Positions 1 through 11,094 of a stretch of 64,000 bases of DNA are shown piece by piece; position 1 is the stretch's first letter, and each line of letters opens with the position of its first letter. Under the pieces are notes generated by a model. It did no database searches. It was not told the DNA's origin and was given only the letters and a program-made list of their open reading frames with translations. The DNA is from Empedobacter falsenii (GTDB lineage: Bacteria; Bacteroidota; Bacteroidia; Flavobacteriales; Weeksellaceae). The stretch is taken from positions 905,876 through 969,875 of the forward strand of contig NZ_CP040908.1 of the NCBI RefSeq assembly GCF_013488205.1. Reading direction: 5' to 3'. A program made the position numbers and the translations under genes.

Positions 1-1249
1 ATTAGATGTTTATGAACCAGGATATGAGTGGTTAAATCACTCGATGTATGCAGGAAAAATCAAACATGCTGATGATCCACGTGTAAAAGTTGGTGGAAGC
101 GAATGTAAACAACCTTATTTAGCAAGTTTATTAAACATTTCTGCAATGTCTTTCGGTTCGTTAAGTGAAAATGCTGTATTAGCAATGAACAAAGGAGCCA
201 AATTAGGAAACTTTGCGCACAATACAGGTGAAGGGGGAATTTCTCCATATCACTTACAGCCAGGTGGAGATTTGATTTGGCAAATTGGTACAGGATATTT
301 TGGATGTCGTGCAGCTGATGGTGGTTTCGATCCAGATAAGTATGTAGAGCGTGCTACTTTACCAAATGTAAAAATGATTGAGTTGAAAATTTCTCAAGGT
401 GCAAAACCAGGTCACGGAGGAATTTTACCAGCAAATAAAAATACTCCAGAAATCGCTAAGATTCGTGCTGTAGAACCATATACAACTGTTGATTCTCCTC
501 CATCTCACTCAGCTTTCTCTGATGCAGAAGGAATGTTACATTTCATCAAACAATTAAGAGAATTATCAGGTGGAAAACCAGTTGGTTTCAAATTGTGTAT
601 TGGGATTAAACGCGAGTTTATTGAGATTTGTGAAGCAATGATCAAAACTGGTATAAAACCAGATTATATCGCAATTGACGGTGGTGAAGGTGGAACTGGA
701 GCTGCTCCTGTAGAGTTCTCTAACTCTCTAGGTATGCCTTTGTTAGATGGTTTAGCTTTCGCTGTTGATACTTTACGTGGTTATGGTCTTAAAAAAGATA
801 TTCGTGTTGTAGCTTCTGGAAAAATTATTTCTTCTTTCCACATTGCTCGTGCAATGGCTATTGGTGCGGATTTAGTTTATTCGGCTCGTGCTATGATGAT
901 GGCTGTAGGATGTATCCAAGCTTTACAATGTAATACAAATACATGTCCAGTTGGTGTTGCGACCCAAGATCGTGAATTGATGAAAGGATTAGATGTAGAA
1001 GATAAAGCAACTCGTATGTATAATTTCCACAAGAAAACAATGCATATTTTATCTGAATTAATTTCTGCAACAGGTGTTAAATCTCATAGAGATTTCAATC
1101 GTTCTCACGTAAATTTACGTATCGACAATACGCGTATTATGTCTTATGATCAATTGTACCCAATTGTAGAAGAAGGTGCATATGTAGGAATGTCTGTAGA
1201 AGATGTTTTACAAGAAATTAGAGTTCGTACATTAAGTAAAGTGAATTAA
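1..1249 (+). CDS. FMN-binding glutamate synthase family protein (GltB domain-2-like), 5'-truncated by window edge
   Basis: ORF reads open from position 2 with no upstream stop. TIM-barrel FMN/Fe-S glutamate synthase motifs are present (GEGG, KISQGAKPGHGG, DGGEGGTGAAP, C-x-N-x-C cluster). Confidence 0.8.
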   Translation, partial: LDVYEPGYEWLNHSMYAGKIKHADDPRVKVGGSECKQPYLASLLNISAMSFGSLSENAVLAMNKGAKLGNFAHNTGEGGISPYHLQPGGDLIWQIGTGYFGCRAADGGFDPDKYVERATLPNVKMIELKISQGAKPGHGGILPANKNTPEIAKIRAVEPYTTVDSPPSHSAFSDAEGMLHFIKQLRELSGGKPVGFKLCIGIKREFIEICEAMIKTGIKPDYIAIDGGEGGTGAAPVEFSNSLGMPLLDGLAFAVDTLRGYGLKKDIRVVASGKIISSFHIARAMAIGADLVYSARAMMMAVGCIQALQCNTNTCPVGVATQDRELMKGLDVEDKATRMYNFHKKTMHILSELISATGVKSHRDFNRSHVNLRIDNTRIMSYDQLYPIVEEGAYVGMSVEDVLQEIRVRTLSKVN

Positions 1250-1272
1250 TCAATTTGATATAATAATAAAAA

Positions 1273-1299
1273 AAGCAATCCAATTGGATTGCTTTTTTT
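1273..1299. terminator. bidirectional intrinsic terminator hairpin between convergent genes
   Basis: AAGCAATCC-AATT-GGATTGCTT palindrome, flanked by an A-run on one side and a T-run on the other. Confidence 0.7.
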
Positions 1300-2881
1300 A
1301 TTTAATAATATTCCGTAAATATTGAGACGGTCGAAAACCTGTATGTTCCAAGAATGCATCCGAAAAAGTCTTTCTCGAATTAAAACCTGTTTCTTCTGCT
1401 AAAGCATCAATTGTATATTTTTTGAGATTTGGTTCATCTGCAAATCGTTTCAAAAGATGATTAATTCTTAATTCGTTGATATATTGGTTAAAATTTTTCG
1501 ATCTCGAACGATTAATATAATTTGACACAATTGTTCGATTGGCGTTCAATTCTAGAACCAAGTCATTCAACGAAAATTTTGGATTTAGAAACAACTTTTG
1601 TTCTTCAAACAATTGCAAACTTTGCTCGAAATCTTCATCAATTTCAACTTCAAATTTTGTTTTTTCTACTTGATTTTCTTCCATAATATCTGCTTCAATT
1701 ATTGAAATTTCATCAAGACATTTTTGTAAATAATTCTTCTTTTTTTGATGTTTTTGATTCATTTTATAAAAAACAATTCCACCAAAAATTAGAATTGCAA
1801 CCAAACCAAAAAAAGAAGCTCTTTTGAAGTTTTGATTCTTTTCTTTCAATAAATTTCGTTCTGTTTTCAAGAATGTATTTTCGTATTTCTCAAGATTTGG
1901 TTTCAAAATAGTATGATCAGCCACATAAAATAAACTGTCAAAAGACAATAAATTATTTACAGATAATAATTTATCTCGATTATTTCCATACTTCTCATTA
2001 TATTCAACCACTCGTTCATAGGAAAGTCGCAGTTCTTCATCAAGAATTTTATATTGTTTTGAGAATTCTACAACATTTTCAAAATATTGGATTGCTTCTT
2101 TATTTCGCTTTTGTTGATATAAAATTTCACCTAAAAATTGCTCTGAAATCACATACCATTTAATATCATTTTGCTTCCAGAAAGCTTGTTGTGCTTTTTT
2201 CAATGTATTAAATGCCGAATTATAATCTTTTTTGTAAAAATCAATAATTCCTTTATTCTTCAAAGCATATTGATAATTTGATGTATCAACCGTTTCAGAC
2301 AACTCAATTTTGTTGTAATAATCGCTTTTGTTCAGATGATTTGTTTTACTATACAAATAAGACAATTTCCCAAGAATAGAAAGGTAAATACTAAACGATT
2401 TTGACTGATGTTTATATTTCTCGAAATATGGTAAAGAAGCTTCATACAATTCTATAGATTCCTTTATTTCATACAGATTTTCCTTTGTTTTTGCTATTCC
2501 AACAAGAGAAGAATAAAATGTATAATCATCTTTTATTTCTGTTGAAAGTTGTTTCGAAATCGTGAAATTTTTCAATGCATTATTGTAATTACGTTGCTCC
2601 AAAAAATAATTTCCTTTTTCGATATAAGCTTCACTCAAAACAACTTTATCATTCAATCGATAAGCTGTTGAAATCGTAGAATCAATAATTCGAAGATTTT
2701 CTTCAACCAAATCATTATTTTTTTTTCGTAAAAATTCAGCTTTATCATTTTGTGTTTTTCCAAACATATTTATTGAACTGAATATGAATAAAATAATTAA
2801 GATAAATTTAAGAAATCTATTTCCTGAAATTATAAAACGTAACATACTGTATTTGTTTAATTTGAATAACATTGTAAACAA
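1298..2881 (-). CDS. AraC-family transcriptional regulator with N-terminal signal/TM region and TPR-like repeats
   Basis: C-terminal AraC HTH signature (TIDALAEETGFNSRKTFSDAFLEHTGFRPSQY). There is an internal TM segment and a long helical repeat region. Confidence 0.75.
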   Translation of the reverse strand: MFTMLFKLNKYSMLRFIISGNRFLKFILIILFIFSSINMFGKTQNDKAEFLRKKNNDLVEENLRIIDSTISTAYRLNDKVVLSEAYIEKGNYFLEQRNYNNALKNFTISKQLSTEIKDDYTFYSSLVGIAKTKENLYEIKESIELYEASLPYFEKYKHQSKSFSIYLSILGKLSYLYSKTNHLNKSDYYNKIELSETVDTSNYQYALKNKGIIDFYKKDYNSAFNTLKKAQQAFWKQNDIKWYVISEQFLGEILYQQKRNKEAIQYFENVVEFSKQYKILDEELRLSYERVVEYNEKYGNNRDKLLSVNNLLSFDSLFYVADHTILKPNLEKYENTFLKTERNLLKEKNQNFKRASFFGLVAILIFGGIVFYKMNQKHQKKKNYLQKCLDEISIIEADIMEENQVEKTKFEVEIDEDFEQSLQLFEEQKLFLNPKFSLNDLVLELNANRTIVSNYINRSRSKNFNQYINELRINHLLKRFADEPNLKKYTIDALAEETGFNSRKTFSDAFLEHTGFRPSQYLRNIIK

Positions 2882-2996
2882 TTATCATTTGACACCAAGT
2901 TCATGAAAAACATTTAAAAATATAAATTAAAATTGTTCAAACAAAAATTTTACTTCCTCTAAATGTAAGTAAAACAATAATCAACACAATTTTATT

Positions 2997-5309
2997 ATGA
3001 AATTTTTACAATTAATTCTCATTTTGATTAGTTCTTTTGCTTTTGCACAAGAAAAATATTCGATTACAGGAAATATTTCATCAAAAAATGAGTCAAAAAC
3101 AATTCAAGCAAAAGTTATTTTACACGATGAATTTCAAAATGTTATTCAAACAATTGAAACTGAAAACTCTAAATTTAACTTTGAAAATTTAGAACAAAAA
3201 ATATATTCAATTTCAGTTATTTATGATAATAAAATTCAAGATGAAGAACCTTTTTATTTGAACGAAAATAAAACATTTCACTTAAATATTGATGAAACTG
3301 TACAAATTAATGAAGTTGTAATCAATGGAAAAAAGGAAACTTTCAAAATAGAAAATGGCAATTATAATATTGATGTAGCTAATTCAAATTTTAATAAACT
3401 TGCTACAACCAAAGAATTATTTTCAAAATTACCAAGCGTCATGTTGGGAGCAGATCAAGAAACATTGACAATTATTGGAAAAGGAAATCCTTTGTTGTAT
3501 TTGGACGATCAACAAGTTGATTTTTCTACCATTTCGAGTTTAGCAATTGAGGACATAAAATCGATTGAAATTATTAAAAATCCATCTGCAAAATATGAAG
3601 CAAATGGAAGATCTGTCGTAAAAATTAACCTTAAAAAAAGTAAAAAAGAAGGTTTAAAATTCTCTTTACAGGAAACATTATCGTTCAAAAGAAAGTTCAA
3701 TAATTATTTCAATTCGACTTTTCAAATTCGTAAAAACAAAAGTGAATTTAAATTGAATGCATCTTATAATCAACTAAATCCTTGGGAAGGAAATGGATTC
3801 GATTATCGAGTAAAAGATAAAAATATTCAGTCCAATTATTTCATAAAATCGCAAACAAAGCGTCCGCATTTTATTGTAAATACAAGCTTTTTTCAAGAAT
3901 TAAATGAATCTGGAGATTATCTTTCATTTGCTATTAATTCGAATTTCAGAAAAGATAAAGGTTTGATTGATACCAAAACAGAATATTCAGAAAACAATGA
4001 AAATCAATCTATTTTAACCTTAAATGATAATGAAAATCATCGAAATTTTGTGAATACCTTGATGAATTACAATAAAAATATTCAATCAATTGACGTAAGT
4101 ATTTTAACAGGTTTGCAATACACGATTTATAATACAGGAACGACATACGATTTTTACAATAAGATAAATGAAAATGATATCGAATACAATCAATCGCGCT
4201 ATCAAAAATATCGTCTTAAGGTTTTTGCAGGGAAATTTGATGTAGAGAAAAAGTTTGAATCTGATCAAAAAATTGAATTTGGAGGACGTTTTACACATGC
4301 AAAATCAGAAACAACTAATCAAACGTTTTTTTCTCAAAAATCATCAGAAGAATTTCTTTATAATTTCAAAGAGCTGAATCTTTCCGCTTATTTGCAATAC
4401 ACAAAAAATTATGAAAAATGGAATTATAAAGCCGGATTAAGAACAGAAGCAACTAATTCTAAAGGTTTTGATGAAATAAAACAACTTTCGGATATTGATA
4501 AAAAATACATTGATTGGTTTCCGAATGCAGAAATTAATTACACTTTTGAGAATAAAGATGCGTTGACAATTTATTACAAACGTACAATTGATAGACCGAA
4601 TTACAGCACCCTTTCTTCTGGGAATTTGTACGGAAGTCCTTATATCGAATACAGCGGAAATTTTAATATTTTACCTACTTACACCGATACGTTTTCTGCG
4701 AATTATTCATTGAAAAAATGGAACATGAATGTGACGTATTATCAAAGTAAAAATCCGATGAATTATACGTTGATTTATGATGATGTGAGAAATATTTCAA
4801 CATTTACAACGGTTAATTTTGAAAAAGAAAAAAATATTTCTGTTGGTTTAGATGTTCCGTTCGAATATAAATTTTGGTCAACACAAATTAGTTTATCTAT
4901 GATTTATAGTAAAATAATTGATAAAAAAGCTGTGCTTAAAAAATCTGTTCCGTATATCTATTTATACTCTAATCATAATTTCAAATTGGGAAAAGATTTT
5001 AATTTTATGCTTGATGGATATTGGCTAAGAAAACGAACAGAAGGAATTTATGATCGAAATTCTCAAGTTATCGTTAACCTTGGATTGACCAAATCATACA
5101 AAAACCTTGATTTTTCTATTCGTTTCAATGATTTATTTAAACAAATGAAATTTAGCGAAACATTGAATTATGATAAAATAAGTTCTAAAAACCTATTTTT
5201 AGTCGATTATCAAGAACTATCTGTTGGTGTTAAATATAATTTTGGCCGATTAAATAAAACCATCTCGAAAGAGAATAAAGTAAATGAAGAGGAAGGGAGA
5301 ATTAGGTAA
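2997..5309 (+). CDS. TonB-dependent receptor-like outer-membrane beta-barrel protein
   Basis: Signal peptide, then a carboxypeptidase-regulatory-like N-domain, a plug-like region and a long beta-barrel with a C-terminal aromatic residue. Confidence 0.7.
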   Translation: MKFLQLILILISSFAFAQEKYSITGNISSKNESKTIQAKVILHDEFQNVIQTIETENSKFNFENLEQKIYSISVIYDNKIQDEEPFYLNENKTFHLNIDETVQINEVVINGKKETFKIENGNYNIDVANSNFNKLATTKELFSKLPSVMLGADQETLTIIGKGNPLLYLDDQQVDFSTISSLAIEDIKSIEIIKNPSAKYEANGRSVVKINLKKSKKEGLKFSLQETLSFKRKFNNYFNSTFQIRKNKSEFKLNASYNQLNPWEGNGFDYRVKDKNIQSNYFIKSQTKRPHFIVNTSFFQELNESGDYLSFAINSNFRKDKGLIDTKTEYSENNENQSILTLNDNENHRNFVNTLMNYNKNIQSIDVSILTGLQYTIYNTGTTYDFYNKINENDIEYNQSRYQKYRLKVFAGKFDVEKKFESDQKIEFGGRFTHAKSETTNQTFFSQKSSEEFLYNFKELNLSAYLQYTKNYEKWNYKAGLRTEATNSKGFDEIKQLSDIDKKYIDWFPNAEINYTFENKDALTIYYKRTIDRPNYSTLSSGNLYGSPYIEYSGNFNILPTYTDTFSANYSLKKWNMNVTYYQSKNPMNYTLIYDDVRNISTFTTVNFEKEKNISVGLDVPFEYKFWSTQISLSMIYSKIIDKKAVLKKSVPYIYLYSNHNFKLGKDFNFMLDGYWLRKRTEGIYDRNSQVIVNLGLTKSYKNLDFSIRFNDLFKQMKFSETLNYDKISSKNLFLVDYQELSVGVKYNFGRLNKTISKENKVNEEEGRIR

Positions 5310-5370
5310 TACTTTTATTTCCAAAATTCAATAAATCGTATAACTTTGCTTTCAAATTTAAAGAAATAAA

Positions 5371-6042
5371 ATGTTTAAATTTATTCGTAAGGTTATACTT
5401 TATCTTTTTGTAGCTCATCTTGTATACATTGTTGTGTTAAAGTGGATTAATCCGCCGTTCACGATTACGCAAGTTCAGCAAGGTTTTGAACAAGGAAAAT
5501 TTAAGCGCGATTATATTTCCTATGACGAAATGGGACGAAATATAAAATTGGCTGTAATTGGTTCTGAAGATCAAAAATTTCCTGTGCACAATGGATTTGA
5601 TATGGATGGAATACAGGAAGCGATTGAAAAGAATAAAGAAGGTAAAAAACTTCGTGGAGGTTCTACGATTTCTCAACAAGTCGCGAAAAATGTGTTTTTG
5701 TGGCAAGGTCGTTCTTGGTTGAGAAAAGGATTAGAAGTTTATTTTACGTTTATGATCGAAAAAATTTGGGGCAAACAACGTATTTTAGAAATGTATCTGA
5801 ATACTTCTGAAATGGGAATTGGTGTTTTTGGTGTTGAAGCTGCTTCTGAATATTATTTCAATAAACCAGCTAAAGATTTAACCAAAAATGAAGCGGCTCG
5901 TATTGCAGCAGCTTTGCCATTGCCACGAAAATATAATGTGAATCCGCCTTCGTCTTTTATCAGTAGACGCGCCAGTCATATCGAGCGACAAATGCGAAAT
6001 ATACAAGGAAGCGCTGATTTGGAAAAGGTTTTAGGAGAATAA
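5371..6042 (+). CDS. mtgA: monofunctional biosynthetic peptidoglycan transglycosylase
   Basis: GT51 motifs: EDQKF, GGSTISQQVAKN, RKxxE, and an N-terminal TM anchor. Confidence 0.85.
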   Translation: MFKFIRKVILYLFVAHLVYIVVLKWINPPFTITQVQQGFEQGKFKRDYISYDEMGRNIKLAVIGSEDQKFPVHNGFDMDGIQEAIEKNKEGKKLRGGSTISQQVAKNVFLWQGRSWLRKGLEVYFTFMIEKIWGKQRILEMYLNTSEMGIGVFGVEAASEYYFNKPAKDLTKNEAARIAAALPLPRKYNVNPPSSFISRRASHIERQMRNIQGSADLEKVLGE

Positions 6043-6085
6043 AATAGAAAAGAGAAGTTAATAAGCTTCTCTTTTTTTATTTTTA

Positions 6086-6568
6086 TTACTCTCTCCAATT
6101 AATTTTAACTGCAGAAATTTTCTCTAATTCCAAACGAGTTTCAGGAAGTAAATTGAAGTCATTTTTCATATAAAAAGCTAACGGAGAACGATAAGGCTCT
6201 CCATTCGCTTTTGTATCTTTTTCATGATCGATTACCCAACCATTTAGTTCTGTCGAAAATGTTTTTAATCGATTAAGAATTTTACGTCCCAAACCAATTT
6301 GATGCAATTCGCTATCTACAATTAATGCAAACCATTTCTCATAATCTCTTTCGAAAATCACCGCCCAAGCTCGCATTTGATTGTTTTCATCTACAGCAAA
6401 AAAATGTTTAGCTTCAATCAAACTATTCAAATAATTTTCGGTATCTTGTAAACTTTCAAAAGCTAGATTAATAGGATATTCATTGTTCCAAATTTTAAAA
6501 ATATAGTCTTTATGAATTTGGTTTAACGTTGTAAATGAATAGATTTCTAATGAGTTAAGTTGAGGCAT
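6086..6568 (-). CDS. GNAT family N-acetyltransferase
   Basis: 160 aa. Acetyl-CoA binding motif Q-x-x-G-x-G (HQIGLGRKILNRL). Confidence 0.7.
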   Translation of the reverse strand: MPQLNSLEIYSFTTLNQIHKDYIFKIWNNEYPINLAFESLQDTENYLNSLIEAKHFFAVDENNQMRAWAVIFERDYEKWFALIVDSELHQIGLGRKILNRLKTFSTELNGWVIDHEKDTKANGEPYRSPLAFYMKNDFNLLPETRLELEKISAVKINWRE

Positions 6569-6601
6569 AAAATGATTTCTTATTTTGCTAAATATACTAA
6601 A

Positions 6602-7357
6602 TTATTTAGTCAAAATTTCTTTTAAAATCAAAGGTTTGTCGGTTGTAATGTAATCCACTTTTAGATCAATCATTTCTTGCATCACTTTTGGGTCGTTAAC
6701 CGTCCAAACATTCACCAATAAACCCAAATCTTTCGCTTCTTTTACCCAAGTCGGATTTTTCTGAAATACTTTATAATTATAGTCAATTCCGTTCCAATTT
6801 CTCGCTTTTACATCTTTTGGAGACAAATCGCCATTCAAATAAGAAACGTGAAATTTAGGTGCTAATTTCTTGAATTCATCACAAATATTTTGACTAAATG
6901 AAATGATTTCAACTTGTTTTTCTACTTTATGTTTTTTGATGATTTCAATTGCTTTTTTTACTGCACGATTTTCGTTTTCTTTTGATGAATGAGGTTTTAA
7001 TTCGAAAATTAATTTAACTTTCTTATTCTTTTTTCCTTGTTCAAAATATTCTTCTAAAGTTGGCATGTTTTCGTTGTTAGCCAATTTCAACGTTTTTAAA
7101 AGAGAAGAATTAGTCATTTCGATTGCATGACCTTGAAAATTATCATCATGATTTACCATCAAAACATCATCAGCGCTAATTAATACGTCAAATTCAGAAC
7201 CATAAGCACCAATTTCTTGTGCAGATTTTAAAGATTTGATCGAATTTTTTGCATTATTCTCGGTGTCCCAATAACCGCGATGAGCAATAATTTTTTGAGC
7301 ATTTGCCATATTCGTAAGCATAAAAGTTGTTAAGGCAGTAAATATAAATTTTTTCAT
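6602..7357 (-). CDS. glycerophosphodiester phosphodiesterase
   Basis: Signal peptide. GDPD motifs IIAHRGY and E-x-D. 251 aa. Confidence 0.8.
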   Translation of the reverse strand: MKKFIFTALTTFMLTNMANAQKIIAHRGYWDTENNAKNSIKSLKSAQEIGAYGSEFDVLISADDVLMVNHDDNFQGHAIEMTNSSLLKTLKLANNENMPTLEEYFEQGKKNKKVKLIFELKPHSSKENENRAVKKAIEIIKKHKVEKQVEIISFSQNICDEFKKLAPKFHVSYLNGDLSPKDVKARNWNGIDYNYKVFQKNPTWVKEAKDLGLLVNVWTVNDPKVMQEMIDLKVDYITTDKPLILKEILTK

Positions 7358-7526
7358 GATGAATTGTTTTTTCGAAGTAAAATTATTTTGTTTAAAGGAT
7401 TTTGACGTTACCTAAAGATTAAGAAGTTGAATTTATAAAAGAATCTGTCGAAAAGCAGTAAATTTTGACTGGAATAAAATTGCGATTGCGCCGAATTTCA
7501 CTTAATTTTGCACAAAGACAAACACA

Positions 7527-9059
7527 ATGACGCAAGGAATTATTATTTTAGATTTTGGCTCGCAATACAATCAATTAATCGCGCGCCGAATTCGAGAATT
7601 TGGAGTTTACACAGAAATTATTCCCTACAACACTTCGATCGAAGAAATCAAAAAACACAATCCAAAAGGAATTATTTTATCAGGAGGACCTTCTTCAGTT
7701 TTTGGAGATGAAGCCGCTTTGGTAGATAAAGAATTATTCGAAATGGGCGTTCCTGTTTTAGGAATTTGCTACGGAATGCAATTGATTTCGCACTTATTAG
7801 GCGGAGAAGTTAAGAAAGGTGAAAAAGGTGAATATGGAAAATCTGAATTAACAGTTTTAGCTCAAAACAGTTTATTTGCAGGTGTTCCAGAACAATCTAC
7901 AGTTTGGATGAGCCATTTCGACGAAGTAATGACAGCGCCAACTGGATTTACAATTTCAGGAAAATCAAACATAGATATTGCGGCAATCGCAAATGAAGAT
8001 AAAAAGATTTTTGCAGTACAATTTCACCCAGAAGTAACGCATTCAGAATATGGTTCAACAATGTTAGAAAACTTTGTTTTCAATATTTGTCAGGCTGAAA
8101 AGAATTGGGTTTTAAAAGATTTTATCGAAACAGAAATTGCTCGTATAAAAGAAGTAGTTGGTGATAAAAAAGTAATTTTAGGACTTTCTGGAGGTGTTGA
8201 TTCTTCTGTTGCTGCGGTTTTGATTCATCGTGCAATTGGCGATCAATTAACATGTATTTTTGTTGATACTGGTTTATTGAGAAAAGATGAAGGAAAAAAA
8301 GTAATGGAAAATTACGGAAAACACTTCAACATGAACATTAAAATGGTAGATGCTTCAGAACGTTTCTTAACAAACTTGAAAGGTATTGACGAACCAGAAG
8401 CAAAACGTAAATCAATTGGTAAAGATTTCGTGGCTGTTTTTGATGAAGAATCAAATAAATTTGAAGATGCAGCATTCTTAGCGCAAGGAACTATTTATCC
8501 TGATGTAATCGAATCGCAATCTGTAAAAGGACCTTCTGCAACTATCAAATCTCACCACAATGTTGGTGGATTACCAGAAGATATGAAACTTCAATTATTA
8601 GAACCATTACGCGAATTATTCAAAGATGAAGTACGTAAAGTTGGAGTAGAATTAGGAATTCCTCGTGAATTAGTTTACCGTCATCCTTTCCCAGGACCAG
8701 GTTTAGGAATTCGTGTTTTAGGAGAAGTTGACGAAGAAAAAGTACGTATTTTACAAGAAGCAGATCAAATTTTTATCGACGAGCTTTATGCACATAATTT
8801 ATACGACGAAGTTTCTCAAGCTTTCGTGGTGTTATTACCTGTAAAATCTGTTGGAGTAATGGGAGACGAGCGTACATACGAATATACGGCGGTTGTTCGT
8901 TCAGCAAATACGATCGATTTTATGACAGCAACTTGGTCTAAATTACCTTACGAATTCTTAGAATTAGTTTCGAACAGAATTATCAATGAGGTAAAAGGAA
9001 TTAACCGTGTAGCCTACGATATCAGCTCAAAACCACCAGCAACAATCGAGTGGGAATAA
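7527..9059 (+). CDS. guaA: GMP synthase (glutamine-hydrolysing)
   Basis: N-terminal GATase (ILDFGSQY, GICYGMQL catalytic Cys) followed by the ATP-PPase motif SGGVDSSV. 510 aa. Confidence 0.95.
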   Translation: MTQGIIILDFGSQYNQLIARRIREFGVYTEIIPYNTSIEEIKKHNPKGIILSGGPSSVFGDEAALVDKELFEMGVPVLGICYGMQLISHLLGGEVKKGEKGEYGKSELTVLAQNSLFAGVPEQSTVWMSHFDEVMTAPTGFTISGKSNIDIAAIANEDKKIFAVQFHPEVTHSEYGSTMLENFVFNICQAEKNWVLKDFIETEIARIKEVVGDKKVILGLSGGVDSSVAAVLIHRAIGDQLTCIFVDTGLLRKDEGKKVMENYGKHFNMNIKMVDASERFLTNLKGIDEPEAKRKSIGKDFVAVFDEESNKFEDAAFLAQGTIYPDVIESQSVKGPSATIKSHHNVGGLPEDMKLQLLEPLRELFKDEVRKVGVELGIPRELVYRHPFPGPGLGIRVLGEVDEEKVRILQEADQIFIDELYAHNLYDEVSQAFVVLLPVKSVGVMGDERTYEYTAVVRSANTIDFMTATWSKLPYEFLELVSNRIINEVKGINRVAYDISSKPPATIEWE

Positions 9060-9075
9060 GCTAAAAAATATATCA

Positions 9076-9102
9076 AAGCCAGCCAATGTGCTGGCTTTTT
9101 TT
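9076..9102 (+). terminator. intrinsic terminator after guaA
   Basis: AAAGCCAGCC-AATGT-GCTGGCTTT followed by a T7 run. Confidence 0.75.
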
Positions 9103-9132
9103 CTATGTAAACTTTAAAAAACTAAATATTAA

Positions 9133-9702
9133 ATGGAACTTTTAAAAGAAAGAATTCTGAAGGATGGAAAAAGTTTCGATGGTGGCATTCTAAAAGTTGA
9201 TAGTTTTATCAACCACCAAATGGACCCTGTTCTGATGAAAGCAATAGCGTCGGAATTTGTCCAGCGATTTTCGGATTTAAACATTAATAAAATCATTACA
9301 ATCGAAGCGAGCGGAATTGCACCAGCGATTATGGTTGGATTAGAATTGAATTTGCCTGTTGTTTTTGTGAAAAAAGCTAAACCTAAAACAATGGCAGATT
9401 TTTATGCGTCGCAAGTATATTCATTCACGAAAGACCGAACGTACGATGTTTGCGTAAGTAGCCAATTTCTGAATGAAAATGATAATGTTATTTTTATTGA
9501 TGATTTTTTAGCGAACGGAAATGCAGCGTTGGGTGTTGAAGATTTGATAAAACAATCTGGCGCAAACCTTTTGGGAATGGGCTTTATAATTGAGAAATCA
9601 TTTCAAGAAGGTCGTGATCGTTTACTGAATGAAAACATCAGAGTTGAATCATTAGTAAGATTAAAATCTTTAGGAGACAACTCGATTATTTTTGAAGAAT
9701 AA
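9133..9702 (+). CDS. xpt: xanthine phosphoribosyltransferase
   Basis: 189 aa. PRTase fold with the PRPP-binding motif [10 protein letters not shown]; the N-terminus matches XPRT. Confidence 0.8.
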   Translation: MELLKERILKDGKSFDGGILKVDSFINHQMDPVLMKAIASEFVQRFSDLNINKIITIEASGIAPAIMVGLELNLPVVFVKKAKPKTMADFYASQVYSFTKDRTYDVCVSSQFLNENDNVIFIDDFLANGNAALGVEDLIKQSGANLLGMGFIIEKSFQEGRDRLLNENIRVESLVRLKSLGDNSIIFEE

Positions 9703-9715
9703 AAAATATCAACCA

Positions 9716-9743
9716 AAAGCCAATTTATATTGGCTTTCTTTTT
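9716..9743 (+). terminator. intrinsic terminator after xpt
   Basis: AAAGCCAAT-TTATA-TTGGCTTT followed by a T-rich run. Confidence 0.7.
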
Positions 9744-9776
9744 ACTTTTAAAAAACAAAAAACTTACCTTGATAAT

Positions 9777-10949
9777 ATGAAAATAAAATTACTTGCTTTA
9801 ACGCTCTCTTTACTATTCTTTACAAATTGTAATTCGTACAAATCGGCGAATTCTGCATTGGTTTCTGGTAATTTTCAGCAAGCTTTTGAGCAATCTACAC
9901 AAGCCTATTTCAAAAACCCATCGGAGAAAAATGGAATCAAATATGTCCCATTAATTTTTGAAGCGTATAACAAAGGACAGCAAGAAGATGAAAATAGATT
10001 AAAACAAATTGAAACGTTGACTAATCCTTCTAAATATCAGGAAGCGTATCAAATTATTAATCGTTTGCAAGAAAGACAAAAAACGATTGCAGGAATTGAT
10101 GGAAGATCGATTAGTGGGAAAACGTATAATTTCAAAACCAAAGATTATTCAGCAGCTTATAAAACGATTCAAGAAAAATATGCGCAATTTTTATATGATG
10201 AAGGAAAATCTTTTTTAAATCAAGGAGGAAAATTGAATGCGCAAACGGCCTATCAAAAGTTTCAAGTTTTAGAAAGTGTTTATTCTAATTATAAAGATAC
10301 TCGTAGTTTGATGAATACCGCTCGTACAAACGGAATGTATAAAGTTTTGGTGCAATTGGTGAACAACACAGAAGTTGTTATTCCTAAACTACTAGAGAAA
10401 GATTTGTTAGATTTTAACTCATATGGATTGGATTCTAATTGGACTGAATTTTACACAGGAAAACTAAATAGCTCGTATGATTATGTGATTCAATTAAGTT
10501 TTGAGACAATAAATGTTTCGCCTGAAAGAGAAAAAATTGAGGTACATAATTTTGAGAAAAAAATTGTGGATGGTAAAGAAGAATTGGTGCAAAATGGAGT
10601 AGTGGTAAAGGATAAAGACGGAAAACCAGTGATGGTAGATCGTTATATTACGGTAAAAAGTAGATTCGAAGAAGTACAACGCATCAAAGAAGCTGCAATT
10701 ACAGCGAGATATTATTTGATCGATAATCAAAAAGAGCAAGCCATTGATTCTAAAAACTTAGCAAGTCAGTTTATTTTTAGAGATTCTTACGGAACTTACA
10801 AAGGAGATCGACGTTCTTTGGATCGAGATTACATAAATATGATTGGTAGAAGACCAGCTCCATTTCCATCAAATGAACAAATGATTTTTGATTGTGGACA
10901 AGATTTGAAACGTAAATTCAAGAACGAAATCATCCGTATGAAGCTTTGA
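9777..10949 (+). CDS. hypothetical lipoprotein
   Basis: Lipobox signal peptide (LLFFTNC). No recognisable catalytic motifs. Confidence 0.5.
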   Translation: MKIKLLALTLSLLFFTNCNSYKSANSALVSGNFQQAFEQSTQAYFKNPSEKNGIKYVPLIFEAYNKGQQEDENRLKQIETLTNPSKYQEAYQIINRLQERQKTIAGIDGRSISGKTYNFKTKDYSAAYKTIQEKYAQFLYDEGKSFLNQGGKLNAQTAYQKFQVLESVYSNYKDTRSLMNTARTNGMYKVLVQLVNNTEVVIPKLLEKDLLDFNSYGLDSNWTEFYTGKLNSSYDYVIQLSFETINVSPEREKIEVHNFEKKIVDGKEELVQNGVVVKDKDGKPVMVDRYITVKSRFEEVQRIKEAAITARYYLIDNQKEQAIDSKNLASQFIFRDSYGTYKGDRRSLDRDYINMIGRRPAPFPSNEQMIFDCGQDLKRKFKNEIIRMKL

Positions 10950-11045
10950 TAAAAAAAATGTAAAAAATTTAATCATTTTTTAAAATTCATTTTCAATAGC
11001 TTATCACATAAAACGTCTGTTTTAGCTAAAAACTTGTAAAATTAG

Positions 11046-11078
11046 TTTTGGTGAATTAAAAAACCTTTCTATATTTGC
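11046..11078 (+). promoter_or_regulatory. candidate Bacteroidota sigma-A promoter for the tRNA-Gln array (-33 TTTG / -7 TATATTTG)
   Basis: TATATTTG matches TAnnTTTG exactly and ends 17 nt before the first tRNA. A TTTG motif lies about 21 nt upstream. Confidence 0.45.
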
Positions 11079-11094
11079 ACAGCAATTAAGACAT

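Noticed and set aside
7508-7711. 67-aa ORF overlapping the guaA start in another frame
   Set aside because: Out-of-frame overlap with a highly conserved GMP synthase N-terminus. It has an Arg/Asn-rich composition typical of spurious AT-rich ORFs.
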